From Oscillospiraceae bacterium (lineage in GTDB: Bacteria; Bacillota; Clostridia; Oscillospirales; Acutalibacteraceae): a stretch of DNA of 32,000 nucleotides. The position numbers were made by a program, and so were the translations under genes. The first letter of the stretch is position 1, and each line of letters begins with the position of its first letter. The stretch is from contig JALCPP010000002.1 of assembly GCA_022650485.1 (NCBI GenBank), forward strand, positions 248,007-280,006, in the 5' to 3' direction. The notes under the pieces were generated by a model. That model did not search any database. It had not been told where the DNA came from and saw nothing but the letters and a program-made list of their open reading frames with translations. Below are positions 1 through 8,139 of this stretch, in pieces.

Positions 1-81
1 ATTATAATTAAAGTAATTATTTCAATGTAAAATTGGCAGTATTAGCTTAGAAACGATGCAGACACCTACTTGAAAAACGCA

Positions 82-124
82 TAAAAAGCAGCGCATTCCA
101 AAGGGGGAATGCACTGCTGAAAAA
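82..124 (-). terminator. Rho-independent terminator downstream of the lysA-like gene
   Basis: Hairpin AGCAGCGCATTCC (87-99) / GGAATGCACTGCT (106-118) with one mismatch and a 6-nt loop. The A-run at 82-86 reads as a U-tract on the minus strand. It lies about 30 nt past the stop at 150. Confidence 0.65.
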
Positions 125-149
125 GATATTTAAAAGAAAGATGGGTAGG

Positions 150-1409
150 TTACGACCGCTTCGGCAGCCCTGGAAAATCGAGTGTTGCAAAATAATCGGC
201 AGGGGTTTCGGCACGGCGAATCTGGTCGAAGGAACCGTCTTCGTGAAGAAGAACCTCCGCACTGCGCAGCTTGCCGTTGTAATTGTAACCCATAGAGTGT
301 CCGTGTGCGCCTGCGTCGTGAAGAACCAGCAGATCACCGATGTCAATTTTCGGCAGCATTCGGTCGATGGCGAACTTGTCGTTGTTTTCACACAGGCCGC
401 CGGTGATGTCATACTTATGGTCACAGGGCGCGCTTTCTTTTCCCATGACGGTGATATGGTGGTAAGCGCCGTACATTGCGGGGCGCATCAGGTTTGCCGC
501 ACAGGCGTCAAGCCCGATATATTCTTTATAGATATGTTTGACGCGAATGGCTTTTGCGACGAGAATGCCGTAGGGACCCAGTAGAAAGCGGCCCATTTCC
601 GTGTAAATGGCAACGTCTCCCATGCCGGCTGGCACCAGGACTTCTTCATAGACTTTTTTGACCTGACGGCCGATTTTGAGAATATCCGGCGGCGTTTGAT
701 CGGGGCGGTAGGCGACGCCTACTCCGCCGGACAGATTGATAAAGGAAATATGCGCGCCGGTTTCCCGGTGCAGGTCCACCGCCAGCTGAAACAGAACTTT
801 GGCAAGGGCGGGGTAATATTCATTTCCGGTTGTGTTGCTGGCGAGAAACGCGTGAATCCCGAAGTTCTTTGCGCCGAGCTTCTGAAGCTTTTTAAATCCT
901 TCTGTCATCTGTTCGCGGGTAAATCCATATTTGGATTCACCGGGGTTGTCCATGATGGCGTTGCTTGCCTTAAAGACTCCGCCGGGATTGTAGCGGCAGC
1001 TGATTGTTTCCGGAATACCGGCAAGGCGGTTCAGAACATCAATGTGGGTAAAATCATCCAGATTGATGGTGGCGCCCAGCTTTGCGGCAAGGCGAAAATC
1101 GTCGTCCGGTGTGTCGTTGGAAGAAAACATGATTTCCCTGTTCTTCAGGCCGACTGCATCCGACAGCATCAGTTCCGTCAGCGAAGAGCAGTCGGCACCG
1201 CAGCCTTCCTGTTTGAGCAGTTGAAGCAGATAAGGGTTCGGGGTTGCCTTTACCGCGAAATATTCCCGGTAGCCGGGGTTCCAGGAAAAGGCTTGCTTAA
1301 TTTTCCTTGCATTTTCCCGAATGCCCTTTTCATCATATAAATAGAAGGGAGTTGGAATTTTCTTTTCAATTTCTTTTAGCTTGTCCAGTGTTACAAAAGG
1401 TTTTTTCAT
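150..1409 (-). CDS. lysA: Fold-type III PLP-dependent decarboxylase, diaminopimelate decarboxylase-like (419 aa)
   Basis: Full-length ORF. N-terminal TPFYLYDE, PLP-lysine context FAVKATPNP, GVGVAY, and C-terminal active-site GGLCENNDKF are typical of the Orn/DAP/Arg decarboxylase family. The start overlaps the upstream gene's stop (ATGA). Confidence 0.8.
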   Translation of the reverse strand: MKKPFVTLDKLKEIEKKIPTPFYLYDEKGIRENARKIKQAFSWNPGYREYFAVKATPNPYLLQLLKQEGCGADCSSLTELMLSDAVGLKNREIMFSSNDTPDDDFRLAAKLGATINLDDFTHIDVLNRLAGIPETISCRYNPGGVFKASNAIMDNPGESKYGFTREQMTEGFKKLQKLGAKNFGIHAFLASNTTGNEYYPALAKVLFQLAVDLHRETGAHISFINLSGGVGVAYRPDQTPPDILKIGRQVKKVYEEVLVPAGMGDVAIYTEMGRFLLGPYGILVAKAIRVKHIYKEYIGLDACAANLMRPAMYGAYHHITVMGKESAPCDHKYDITGGLCENNDKFAIDRMLPKIDIGDLLVLHDAGAHGHSMGYNYNGKLRSAEVLLHEDGSFDQIRRAETPADYFATLDFPGLPKRS

Positions 1410-2131
1410 CCTATTTGCCCCTTTCCCTTGGTCAGTTCAATCAGCCTGATTTCATTTTTTAAATCCTCTTTAAACAGGCTGACCAGATTATCTTTGCTGG
1501 AGTACAGGCAGGTCGAGTGCTCCCCGTCATCCAGGTCACCGGTCAGAACACAGCTGGAATCGACGATCAGCCGGATCTGTTTCTGCTTTTGTTCGGTACA
1601 GTAAATGATTGCGCCGGGCAGGTCTAACGGCCGGTCGGTGATCACGACGACTTTTCGCCCGCACTTGACCATCTGAAGCAGTTCCGGCAGGATGCGCTGC
1701 GTCAGCTCTGCCGACATGGAAGCGTACACCCGCTCCGAGGCACCAAGCAGCAAATTCCGCATCTTTAATAAAATGTGTTTTTCCCCGGTAATAGTGATAT
1801 ATCCTCCGGAATCTTTTTTGCGTGCCGGCTGCAGGTGATTGAGTGCTTCCGCATCTTTTTGAAGCATGTAAATGCAATTGCCGCAAAATTCTTCAATCGG
1901 TACCGGTGTGTAGCGGGTGGCGGTACCTTCCACCAGTCTGGCGGCGCCTTTTTCCACCAGACCGGATAGTGCGGAATAGGTGTTGGAGCGCGATATCCCC
2001 GTTACCTTTGCCGCTTCATAGCCGGTAAGACCGCCATGTGAAAACAGGGTCAGGTAAATTCGTGCTTCCTGCTGAGTCAAACCAAAGTGAGTCAGCAGTG
2101 TGACTGCGTCCGTATCCCCACCCTCTTTCAA
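1406..2131 (-). CDS. TrmB-family transcriptional regulator (241 aa, TTG start)
   Basis: N-terminal winged-HTH pattern LGLTQQEARIYLTLFSHGGLTGYEAAKVTGISRSNTYSALSGLVEKG is typical of TrmB/Lrp-like regulators, followed by a C-terminal effector-type domain. There is a 4-nt overlap with the lysA-like start. The SD is weak and the start codon is non-ATG, so the exact start is uncertain. Confidence 0.7.
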   Translation of the reverse strand: MKEGGDTDAVTLLTHFGLTQQEARIYLTLFSHGGLTGYEAAKVTGISRSNTYSALSGLVEKGAARLVEGTATRYTPVPIEEFCGNCIYMLQKDAEALNHLQPARKKDSGGYITITGEKHILLKMRNLLLGASERVYASMSAELTQRILPELLQMVKCGRKVVVITDRPLDLPGAIIYCTEQKQKQIRLIVDSSCVLTGDLDDGEHSTCLYSSKDNLVSLFKEDLKNEIRLIELTKGKGQIG

Positions 2132-2156
2132 TAGTGTTTCTTTATAGGAACACTAT
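2131..2156. promoter_or_regulatory. Inverted repeat ATAGTGTTTC-N6-GGAACACTAT, candidate autoregulatory operator
   Basis: 10-bp arms with one mismatch and a 6-bp spacer. It overlaps the -10 (TATAGT) and the predicted TSS and start codon of the TrmB-family gene. Confidence 0.45.
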
Positions 2157-2180
2157 AATAAAATACCGGGTGCTTGTCAA
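2152..2180 (-). promoter_or_regulatory. Sigma-A-type promoter for the trmB-like/lysA-like operon
   Basis: On the minus strand: TTGACA (2180-2175), 17-nt spacer, TATAGT (2157-2152). Confidence 0.55.
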
Positions 2181-2217
2181 GCCGGAGATGGAAAATACGG
2201 AAAGATTTTGAGATTTG

Positions 2218-2232
2218 TGTGATTTAATCACA
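2218..2232. promoter_or_regulatory. Perfect 15-bp palindrome TGTGATTTAATCACA upstream of trxA
   Basis: Every position pairs around a central T. TATAAT lies at 2254-2259, which puts the palindrome centre about 41 bp upstream of the predicted trxA TSS. Confidence 0.4.
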
Positions 2233-2312
2233 TACAGCCCCGCAGGGAATGGTTATAATAATAATAACAAAAATAAAAATATGAAAGAAAAGACAGAAAG
2301 GAAGAATAGAAT

Positions 2313-2627
2313 ATGGCAGTTGTAACAGTGACAGATGATAATTTTGAATCCAAAGTTTTAAAGTCTGATAAGCCGGTCCTTGTGGACTTTTGGGCAACCT
2401 GGTGCGGTCCGTGCCGCATGGTTTCCCCGATTGTTGACGAGATTGGCAACGAGTCCGATGGCAGGTACATGGTGGGGAAAGTTAATGTGGACGAACAGCC
2501 GGATATTGCGGCGCGCTACAATATTATGAGCATTCCGACGCTGATTGTGTTCAAAAACGGAGAACCCGCACAGACCACGGTCGGTGTGCACAGCAAACAG
2601 GACATTCTGTCCATGCTGGACAGATGA
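2313..2627 (+). CDS. trxA: Thioredoxin (104 aa)
   Basis: Canonical WCGPC active site, FWATWCGPCRM context, and the IPTLIVFKNGE motif. An SD (GAAAGGAAG) lies upstream of the ATG. Confidence 0.95.
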   Translation: MAVVTVTDDNFESKVLKSDKPVLVDFWATWCGPCRMVSPIVDEIGNESDGRYMVGKVNVDEQPDIAARYNIMSIPTLIVFKNGEPAQTTVGVHSKQDILSMLDR

Positions 2628-2647
2628 TTGCAGATTAGGCCATGGGA

Positions 2648-2696
2648 AGATCCGAAGGAACCGGCAGCCGCCGGCTCTTACGGGTCTTTGTTTTTT
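2648..2696 (+). terminator. Rho-independent terminator after trxA
   Basis: Long imperfect hairpin AGATCCGAAGGAA...CTCTTACGGGTCT enclosing CCGGC-AGCC-GCCGG, followed by TTTGTTTTTT. Confidence 0.6.
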
Positions 2697-2725
2697 AAAA
2701 GGGAAAAAATGAACGGAGGCTGACC

Positions 2726-3235
2726 ATGCTGAAGATTGTGATGGGCGATATTACCAAACAAAAGGCAGATGCCATTGTAAACGCTGCCAATTGCTCTCTG
2801 CTGGGCGGCGGGGGAGTGGACGGTGCGATTCACCGTGCGGCCGGGCCGGAGCTGCTGAAGGAATGCCGGGGGCTTCACGGATGTCAAACGGGAAAGGCAA
2901 AAATCACCGGGGGGTATCGCCTGCCCGCAAAATATGTGATTCATACCCCCGGGCCCGTCTGGCGCGGCGGAACAGCCGGGGAAGAAAAACTGCTGGCGGG
3001 CTGTTACCGCGAATGTCTTTTTCTCGCTTCCCGGTACGGCTGTGAAACCGTTGCGTTTCCCTCCATCAGTACGGGGGTCTATCATTTTCCCCTTGACCGT
3101 GCGGCCCATATTGCGGTACAACAGATTTTGTCATTTTTAAAAACAGACCGGGTGGTGCAGTCCGTTGTGATGGTTTGCTTTGATGCTGGCACAAAAGCAG
3201 CGTATGACGCGGCGCTGACGGAACAGACAGGCTGA
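2726..3235 (+). CDS. ymdB: Macro-domain protein, O-acetyl-ADP-ribose deacetylase type (169 aa)
   Basis: [46 protein letters not shown] and [13 protein letters not shown] closely follow the YmdB/macro-domain signature as I recall it from E. coli YmdB. SD is ACGGAGG. Confidence 0.85.
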   Translation: MLKIVMGDITKQKADAIVNAANCSLLGGGGVDGAIHRAAGPELLKECRGLHGCQTGKAKITGGYRLPAKYVIHTPGPVWRGGTAGEEKLLAGCYRECLFLASRYGCETVAFPSISTGVYHFPLDRAAHIAVQQILSFLKTDRVVQSVVMVCFDAGTKAAYDAALTEQTG

Positions 3236-3336
3236 CGGTTTTAAAAAATCCGCACCAAATAGCAAATTCGGTGATAAAAAATAATTTTTTAGGCATTATA
3301 TTTGTCTATGATGTGATGATTAGAGAAAAAAATTCA

Positions 3337-3365
3337 TTGAATTTTTACAGAATTCAGTCTATAAT
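3337..3365 (+). promoter_or_regulatory. Sigma-A-type promoter for hppA
   Basis: TTGAAT (3337-3342), 17-nt spacer, TATAAT (3360-3365), about 45 nt upstream of the hppA ATG. Confidence 0.6.
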
Positions 3366-3409
3366 AGAGCTGTAAAATCATCATAAATGACAAATTAAGG
3401 AGGAATATT

Positions 3410-5530
3410 ATGGAAGTCACCATTTTCGCGCCAATCGGAGCGGCTGCGGCGCTTCTTTTCGCCTGGTTCCTTGCCGCCAGAGTACTGAGGGCGGATGAGG
3501 GCAGCGAGCGGATGAAAAAGATTTCTCTGGCGGTACGCAGGGGCGCAGACGCATACCTGAAGCGGCAGTACACCGGTGTTGCAATTTTTTTCATCGTGAT
3601 GTTTGTCGTTCTGCTGGCAATGGCACTGGGCGGTTACCTGAGCATTTTCGTTCCGTTTGCTTTTTTAACGGGCGGATTTTTTTCCGGCCTTTCGGGTTTT
3701 ATCGGGATGAAAATTGCGACAAATGCCAATAATCGCACGGCCAGTGCGGCGCAGCACAGCCTGAATGCAGGTTTGCATATCGCATTTTCCGCGGGTGCCG
3801 TGATGGGCTTTGTAGTAGTGGGCCTGGGAATTGTCCATATTTCTCTGTGGTATTACTTTTTGAAGTTCTGGTTTTCAGACCCTGCACATCTGGTCTTGGC
3901 TGCGGGACAAACAGCTGAAAACGCGCAGGTTCAGGCCATTACATCCGCACTGCTGACCTCCGGCATGGGCGCTTCCGCCATGGCGCTGTTTGCACGTGTC
4001 GGCGGCGGAATCTTTACCAAAGCGGCCGATGTAGGCGCGGATCTGGTCGGTAAAGTGGAAGCAGGTATACCGGAAGACGATCCACGCAACCCGGCCGTCA
4101 TTGCGGACAATGTCGGCGACAATGTCGGCGATGTTGCCGGTATGGGTGCCGATTTGTTTGAATCCTATGTCGGCTCTATTATTTCCACCGCATCCCTCGC
4201 GGTTGCTGCGGGGTTGGGATTTGCGGGTGTCGGTGTGCCGATGATTCTTGCTGCGGTGGGCATTTTTGCCTCTATTGTCGGCTCGTTCTTTGTTCGCACC
4301 AAAGAGGGGGCAACCCAGAAAAATCTGCTTTCTGCGCTGCGGCGCGGAACATGGATCAGCGCACTGCTGATTGCAATTGTTGCTTATCCTGTGATTTATT
4401 ACAGTCTTGGCAGCGGCCATACGGGACTATATGTTGCCGTGTTGTCCGGCTTACTGGCGGGTATTCTGATTGGTATCACCACGGAATACTTTACTTCCGA
4501 TACTTATCGGCCGACGCAGGTCCTGGCGGAGGATTCCGCCGGCGGCCCCGCGACGGTGATGATCGGGGGGCTTGCCCTGGGAATGAAATCCACCATTTTG
4601 CCGGTCATTATTGTCGGCGCTTCGGTTCTGGTCAGTTACTTTGTTTCCGGCGGAACCGCCGATTTTAACGACGGACTGTACGGAATCGGCCTTTCTGCGG
4701 TCGGCATGCTTTCCACTCTGGGCATTACGCTTGCAACCGACGCTTACGGTCCCGTTGCGGACAATGCCGGCGGCATTGCTGAAATGTCGGAGTTGGGGGA
4801 AGAAGTGAGGGAAAGAACGGATGCGCTCGATTCCCTGGGAAATACGACGGCTGCAACTGGAAAAGGGTTTGCCATCGGTTCCGCTGCCCTGACGGCACTG
4901 GCGCTGATTGCTTCCTTTATTAATCAGGTCAAGATCCTTCGTCCGGACTATGTCTTTGATCTCAGCATTACCAATCCGACGGTTCTGGTGGGCCTGTTTG
5001 TCGGCGGTGCGCTTCCGTTCCTGTTTTCCGCTTTCACCATGAACGCGGTCGGCCGGTCTGCGCAGAGCATTGTTACGGAAGTTCGGCGGCAGTTCCGTGA
5101 AATTACCGGATTAATGCAGGGGGAAGCTGAGCCAGACTATGAAACTTGCGTTGATATCTGCACGCGTTCCGCTCAAAAAGAAATGATCCTTCCCGCCGTC
5201 ATTGGTATTGTGTCACCAATTGTTGTCGGGGTGATTCTGGGCGTCAACGGCGTAGCCGGAATGCTGGCCGGCGCCACCGTGACGGGCTTTGTGATGGCTG
5301 TGATGATGGCCAATGCGGGCGGAGCCTGGGATAACGCGAAAAAGTATATTGAAAGCGGAAAGCTTGGGGGAAAGGGCAGCGATGCGCACAAGGCGGCGGT
5401 GGTCGGCGACACGGTCGGCGACCCGTTCAAGGATACGTCCGGCCCGTCACTGAATATTCTGATTAAGCTGACGTCCATGGTATCCATTGTGTTTGCCGGT
5501 TTGATTTTGTCTATTTCGATTTTTCATTAA
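3410..5530 (+). CDS. hppA: Membrane-integral cation-translocating pyrophosphatase (706 aa)
   Basis: Polytopic protein with the diagnostic motifs DNVGDNVGD, GNTTAATGKGFAIGSAAL and GDTVGDPFKDTSGPS. A strong SD (AAGGAGGA) is present. Confidence 0.95.
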   Translation: MEVTIFAPIGAAAALLFAWFLAARVLRADEGSERMKKISLAVRRGADAYLKRQYTGVAIFFIVMFVVLLAMALGGYLSIFVPFAFLTGGFFSGLSGFIGMKIATNANNRTASAAQHSLNAGLHIAFSAGAVMGFVVVGLGIVHISLWYYFLKFWFSDPAHLVLAAGQTAENAQVQAITSALLTSGMGASAMALFARVGGGIFTKAADVGADLVGKVEAGIPEDDPRNPAVIADNVGDNVGDVAGMGADLFESYVGSIISTASLAVAAGLGFAGVGVPMILAAVGIFASIVGSFFVRTKEGATQKNLLSALRRGTWISALLIAIVAYPVIYYSLGSGHTGLYVAVLSGLLAGILIGITTEYFTSDTYRPTQVLAEDSAGGPATVMIGGLALGMKSTILPVIIVGASVLVSYFVSGGTADFNDGLYGIGLSAVGMLSTLGITLATDAYGPVADNAGGIAEMSELGEEVRERTDALDSLGNTTAATGKGFAIGSAALTALALIASFINQVKILRPDYVFDLSITNPTVLVGLFVGGALPFLFSAFTMNAVGRSAQSIVTEVRRQFREITGLMQGEAEPDYETCVDICTRSAQKEMILPAVIGIVSPIVVGVILGVNGVAGMLAGATVTGFVMAVMMANAGGAWDNAKKYIESGKLGGKGSDAHKAAVVGDTVGDPFKDTSGPSLNILIKLTSMVSIVFAGLILSISIFH

Positions 5531-5549
5531 GAAACAGGGCTTTTCCGTG

Positions 5550-5577
5550 TTGACTTTGCGGCTTGGAATGTTATAAT
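5550..5577 (+). promoter_or_regulatory. Sigma-A-type promoter (extended -10) for the MATE gene
   Basis: TTGACT (5550-5555), 16-nt spacer ending in TGT, TATAAT (5572-5577). Confidence 0.6.
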
Positions 5578-5620
5578 ACAATCGTTTTGTTTGTAAGCCG
5601 GAAATAACACGGAGGGGCTC

Positions 5621-6967
5621 ATGCAGGATATCGGACTCATTAAAAAACGAGGATATGTCTTTTCCATAACATGGCCGATTTTTGTGGAATTGATTCTGCA
5701 AATGCTGGTCGGCAATGCGGACCAGATGATGGTAAGCCATTATTCTCAAAGTGCCGTGGGCGCTATCGGCAACGCGAATCAGATGGTGGGGCTTCTGATT
5801 CTGTTTTTCAACGTTGTCAGTATGGCGTCCACCATTTTGATTACCCAGTACATAGGGGCGGGCCAATCGAAAAAAGCGGAAGAGATCTATTCGCTTTCCA
5901 TATTGGTGAATCTGCTGGCCGGTGTTGCGGTCAGTGTTCTGCTTATATTTGGCAGCCGTTCGCTTTACACCCTGATGAAAGTGCCGGAGCAGCTGATGGA
6001 TGAGACCTGCCGGTACTCTTCCATTATTGGCTGGGGCATGGTGTTTCAGTCCCTGTACTCCACGTTTGTCGCGCTGTTTCGCAGCAACGCGATGATGAAA
6101 GTAACCATGTTGGTTTCGGTGATTCTGAATGTGGTGAATATTGGGGGCAACTTTTTTTTAATCAGCGGGTTTGGGCCGATTCCGGCTTTCGGTGTTGCAG
6201 GTGCGGCACTGGCCAGCAATCTGAGCCGCCTGGTCGGGCTTTTGGTTTTAATAGTGCTGTTTCAAAAGTTGGTGGGGGTGCGGCTTTCTTTGCGCGTCCT
6301 CAGACCATTTCCGTTCCATCAGCTGGCAAAACTGATGCGCATCGGTATTCCCAGCGGGGGCGAGTCTATGTCTTACAGTCTGTCTCAGCTGGCGGTTCAG
6401 GCGATGTGCAACCTGCTTCCGGTGTTCGTTATCAATACCAAGGCATTCGCAAGCACGTTTGCCATGGTGTCCTATATTTTTGCGTCGGCAATTGCCCAGG
6501 CGACACAGGTTTTGGTCGGTTACCTGATGGGGGCCCGCCATGCGGAAGAGGCGGATCGGAGGGTGATGTCAACCTTAAAGCTGGCGATGGCGGTTTCAAC
6601 CCTGCTCGCCGCGATACTTTTCTTTTTCAGTGATCCGCTGTTTGGGCTGTTTACCAGTGACGCCGGTGTCATGCGGCTTGGAAAAAAGATTCTTGCGGTT
6701 GAAATCATCCTGGAAATAGGGCGGGCGATGAACATTGTTTTGGTCGGTGCTTTGCAGGCTGCCGGGGATATTCGGTTCCCGATTTACGTTTCGGTCATCA
6801 ATGTTTGGATCATTGCGGTTGGCGCCGGATACCTGCTGGGTGTCAGTATGGGCTGGGGGCTTTTCGGCATCTGGGTGGCGATGGCGGCGGATGAATGTAT
6901 CCGCGGCGTGATCCTTTTGGTGCGCTGGCGAAGAGGAAAGTGGAAATCGAAGAATTTGCTGGCCTAG
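5621..6967 (+). CDS. MATE-family efflux transporter (448 aa)
   Basis: About 12 predicted TM segments. N-terminal WPIFVELILQMLVGNADQMMVS and a duplicated-half architecture are typical of MatE/NorM-type exporters. SD is ACGGAGGGG. Confidence 0.9.
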   Translation: MQDIGLIKKRGYVFSITWPIFVELILQMLVGNADQMMVSHYSQSAVGAIGNANQMVGLLILFFNVVSMASTILITQYIGAGQSKKAEEIYSLSILVNLLAGVAVSVLLIFGSRSLYTLMKVPEQLMDETCRYSSIIGWGMVFQSLYSTFVALFRSNAMMKVTMLVSVILNVVNIGGNFFLISGFGPIPAFGVAGAALASNLSRLVGLLVLIVLFQKLVGVRLSLRVLRPFPFHQLAKLMRIGIPSGGESMSYSLSQLAVQAMCNLLPVFVINTKAFASTFAMVSYIFASAIAQATQVLVGYLMGARHAEEADRRVMSTLKLAMAVSTLLAAILFFFSDPLFGLFTSDAGVMRLGKKILAVEIILEIGRAMNIVLVGALQAAGDIRFPIYVSVINVWIIAVGAGYLLGVSMGWGLFGIWVAMAADECIRGVILLVRWRRGKWKSKNLLA

Positions 6968-7011
6968 CGGCGGCAGAAACGGACAACAACCATAACGGAA
7001 AGGTGGAACTC

Positions 7012-7686
7012 ATGATCCGGGCAGTAATTTTTGACATGGACGGTTTGATGTTTGACACGGAACGGCTTTACCACGATACCACGGTGCGGGCGGCGGAAGA
7101 GATCGGGTACCCCGGTGTTTCCGGCCTGGCCAATGAAATGATCGGTCTGAGGGAAGCGGAGTGCATTGCCATGTACCGGCAGCGACTTGGCGCGGACTTT
7201 CCCTATGCGCGGTTAGACGAACACAGGATGAGGATGATGGATGCGTTTCTGCGGGAAAAAGGCGTGCCTGTAAAGCCCGGGTTATTTCAATTGCTCGACT
7301 TCCTGAAACAAAATGGCTTTTTATTGGCGGTCGCAACTTCAACGCAGAGCCGACACGCGAGTGTGTACCTGAAAAAGGCCGGGGTTGCCCGGTATTTTGA
7401 CCGGATGATTTTTGGCGATATGCTGAAAAAAAGCAAACCAGCCCCCGACATTTACCTGAAAGCCGCGTTTGAACTGGGGGTTTCGCCTGCTGACTGCATG
7501 GCGTTGGAGGATTCGCCGCGCGGGGTTCAGGCCGCTTTTACCGCGGGGATGAGAGCCGTCATGGTGCCGGACCTTCTGGAACCGGATGAAGCAGTAAAAA
7601 AGATGGTTTACCGTTGTGTGCCCTCTCTTCTTGATGTAATTGATTTAATCCGGAACGAATCAGGGCAAAAGGAGAGCAGAACTTGA
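7012..7686 (+). CDS. HAD-superfamily hydrolase, beta-phosphoglucomutase-like phosphatase subfamily
   Basis: HAD motif I is FDMDGLMFDTE, motif II is ATST, and motif III/IV is K..PAPDIY...EDSPRG. I chose the ATG at 7012 (SD GGAAAGGTGG) rather than the track start at 6895, which overlaps the MATE gene. Confidence 0.85.
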   Translation: MIRAVIFDMDGLMFDTERLYHDTTVRAAEEIGYPGVSGLANEMIGLREAECIAMYRQRLGADFPYARLDEHRMRMMDAFLREKGVPVKPGLFQLLDFLKQNGFLLAVATSTQSRHASVYLKKAGVARYFDRMIFGDMLKKSKPAPDIYLKAAFELGVSPADCMALEDSPRGVQAAFTAGMRAVMVPDLLEPDEAVKKMVYRCVPSLLDVIDLIRNESGQKESRT

Positions 7687-8138
7687 AAATCTTGGTGGAT
7701 GCGGACGCATGCCCGGTGAAAGAAATCATTGTAAAAACTGCCAAAAGACATGGGATTCCGGTCACGATGCTAATGGATACCAGCCATGTTCTGGATGACG
7801 GTTACAGTACCGTTATCACCGTCGATAAAGGCAGGGACAGTGCTGATATCAGGCTTGTGAACCTGATTCATCCGGGTGACCTGGTCGTGACGCAGGACTA
7901 TGGCGTTGCGGCGATGTCGCTCGGGCGCGGCGCACGGGCGCTCAACCAAAACGGAATGGTCTATTGCGCGGAAAATATGGACCGGCTGCTGTTTGAGCGC
8001 GCTTTGGGGCAGAAAATCCGGCGCGCAGGCGGCAGAGCGGGAAAAAACAAAAAACGAACCGGGGAAGACAACCGTTCGTTTGAACGGGAACTGGAAAATA
8101 TGATTCGGACAACGGAACAATCGGAGGAAGTACTTTAA
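7683..8138 (+). CDS. yaiI: YaiI/YqxD-family protein (DUF188/UPF0178), 151 aa, TTG start
   Basis: MKILVDADACPVK...VTQDYGVAAM is the characteristic N-terminal and central pattern of UPF0178. The TTG start overlaps the HAD stop (TTGA). Confidence 0.75.
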   Translation: MKILVDADACPVKEIIVKTAKRHGIPVTMLMDTSHVLDDGYSTVITVDKGRDSADIRLVNLIHPGDLVVTQDYGVAAMSLGRGARALNQNGMVYCAENMDRLLFERALGQKIRRAGGRAGKNKKRTGEDNRSFERELENMIRTTEQSEEVL

Positions 8139-8139
8139 T

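Noticed and set aside
2211-2238. Calling the trxA palindrome a CRP, FNR or Rex site
   Set aside because: The half-sites match TGTGA/TCACA, but the spacer is 5 bp. CRP and Rex need 6 bp, and the nested TGAT/ATCA has 3 bp rather than FNR's 4. I report it only as an unassigned palindrome.
6895-7011. Track start of the HAD ORF overlapping the MATE gene's 3' end. Similar over-extensions occur at 24998-25072 (yeeE2), 20021-20290 (tusA), 20488-20541 (yeeE-C), 11778-11804 (feoA) and 14076-14105 (Cys-rich peptide).
   Set aside because: Internal starts with proper SD spacing give N-termini that match the family patterns. The extensions add non-homologous sequence or overlap upstream genes.
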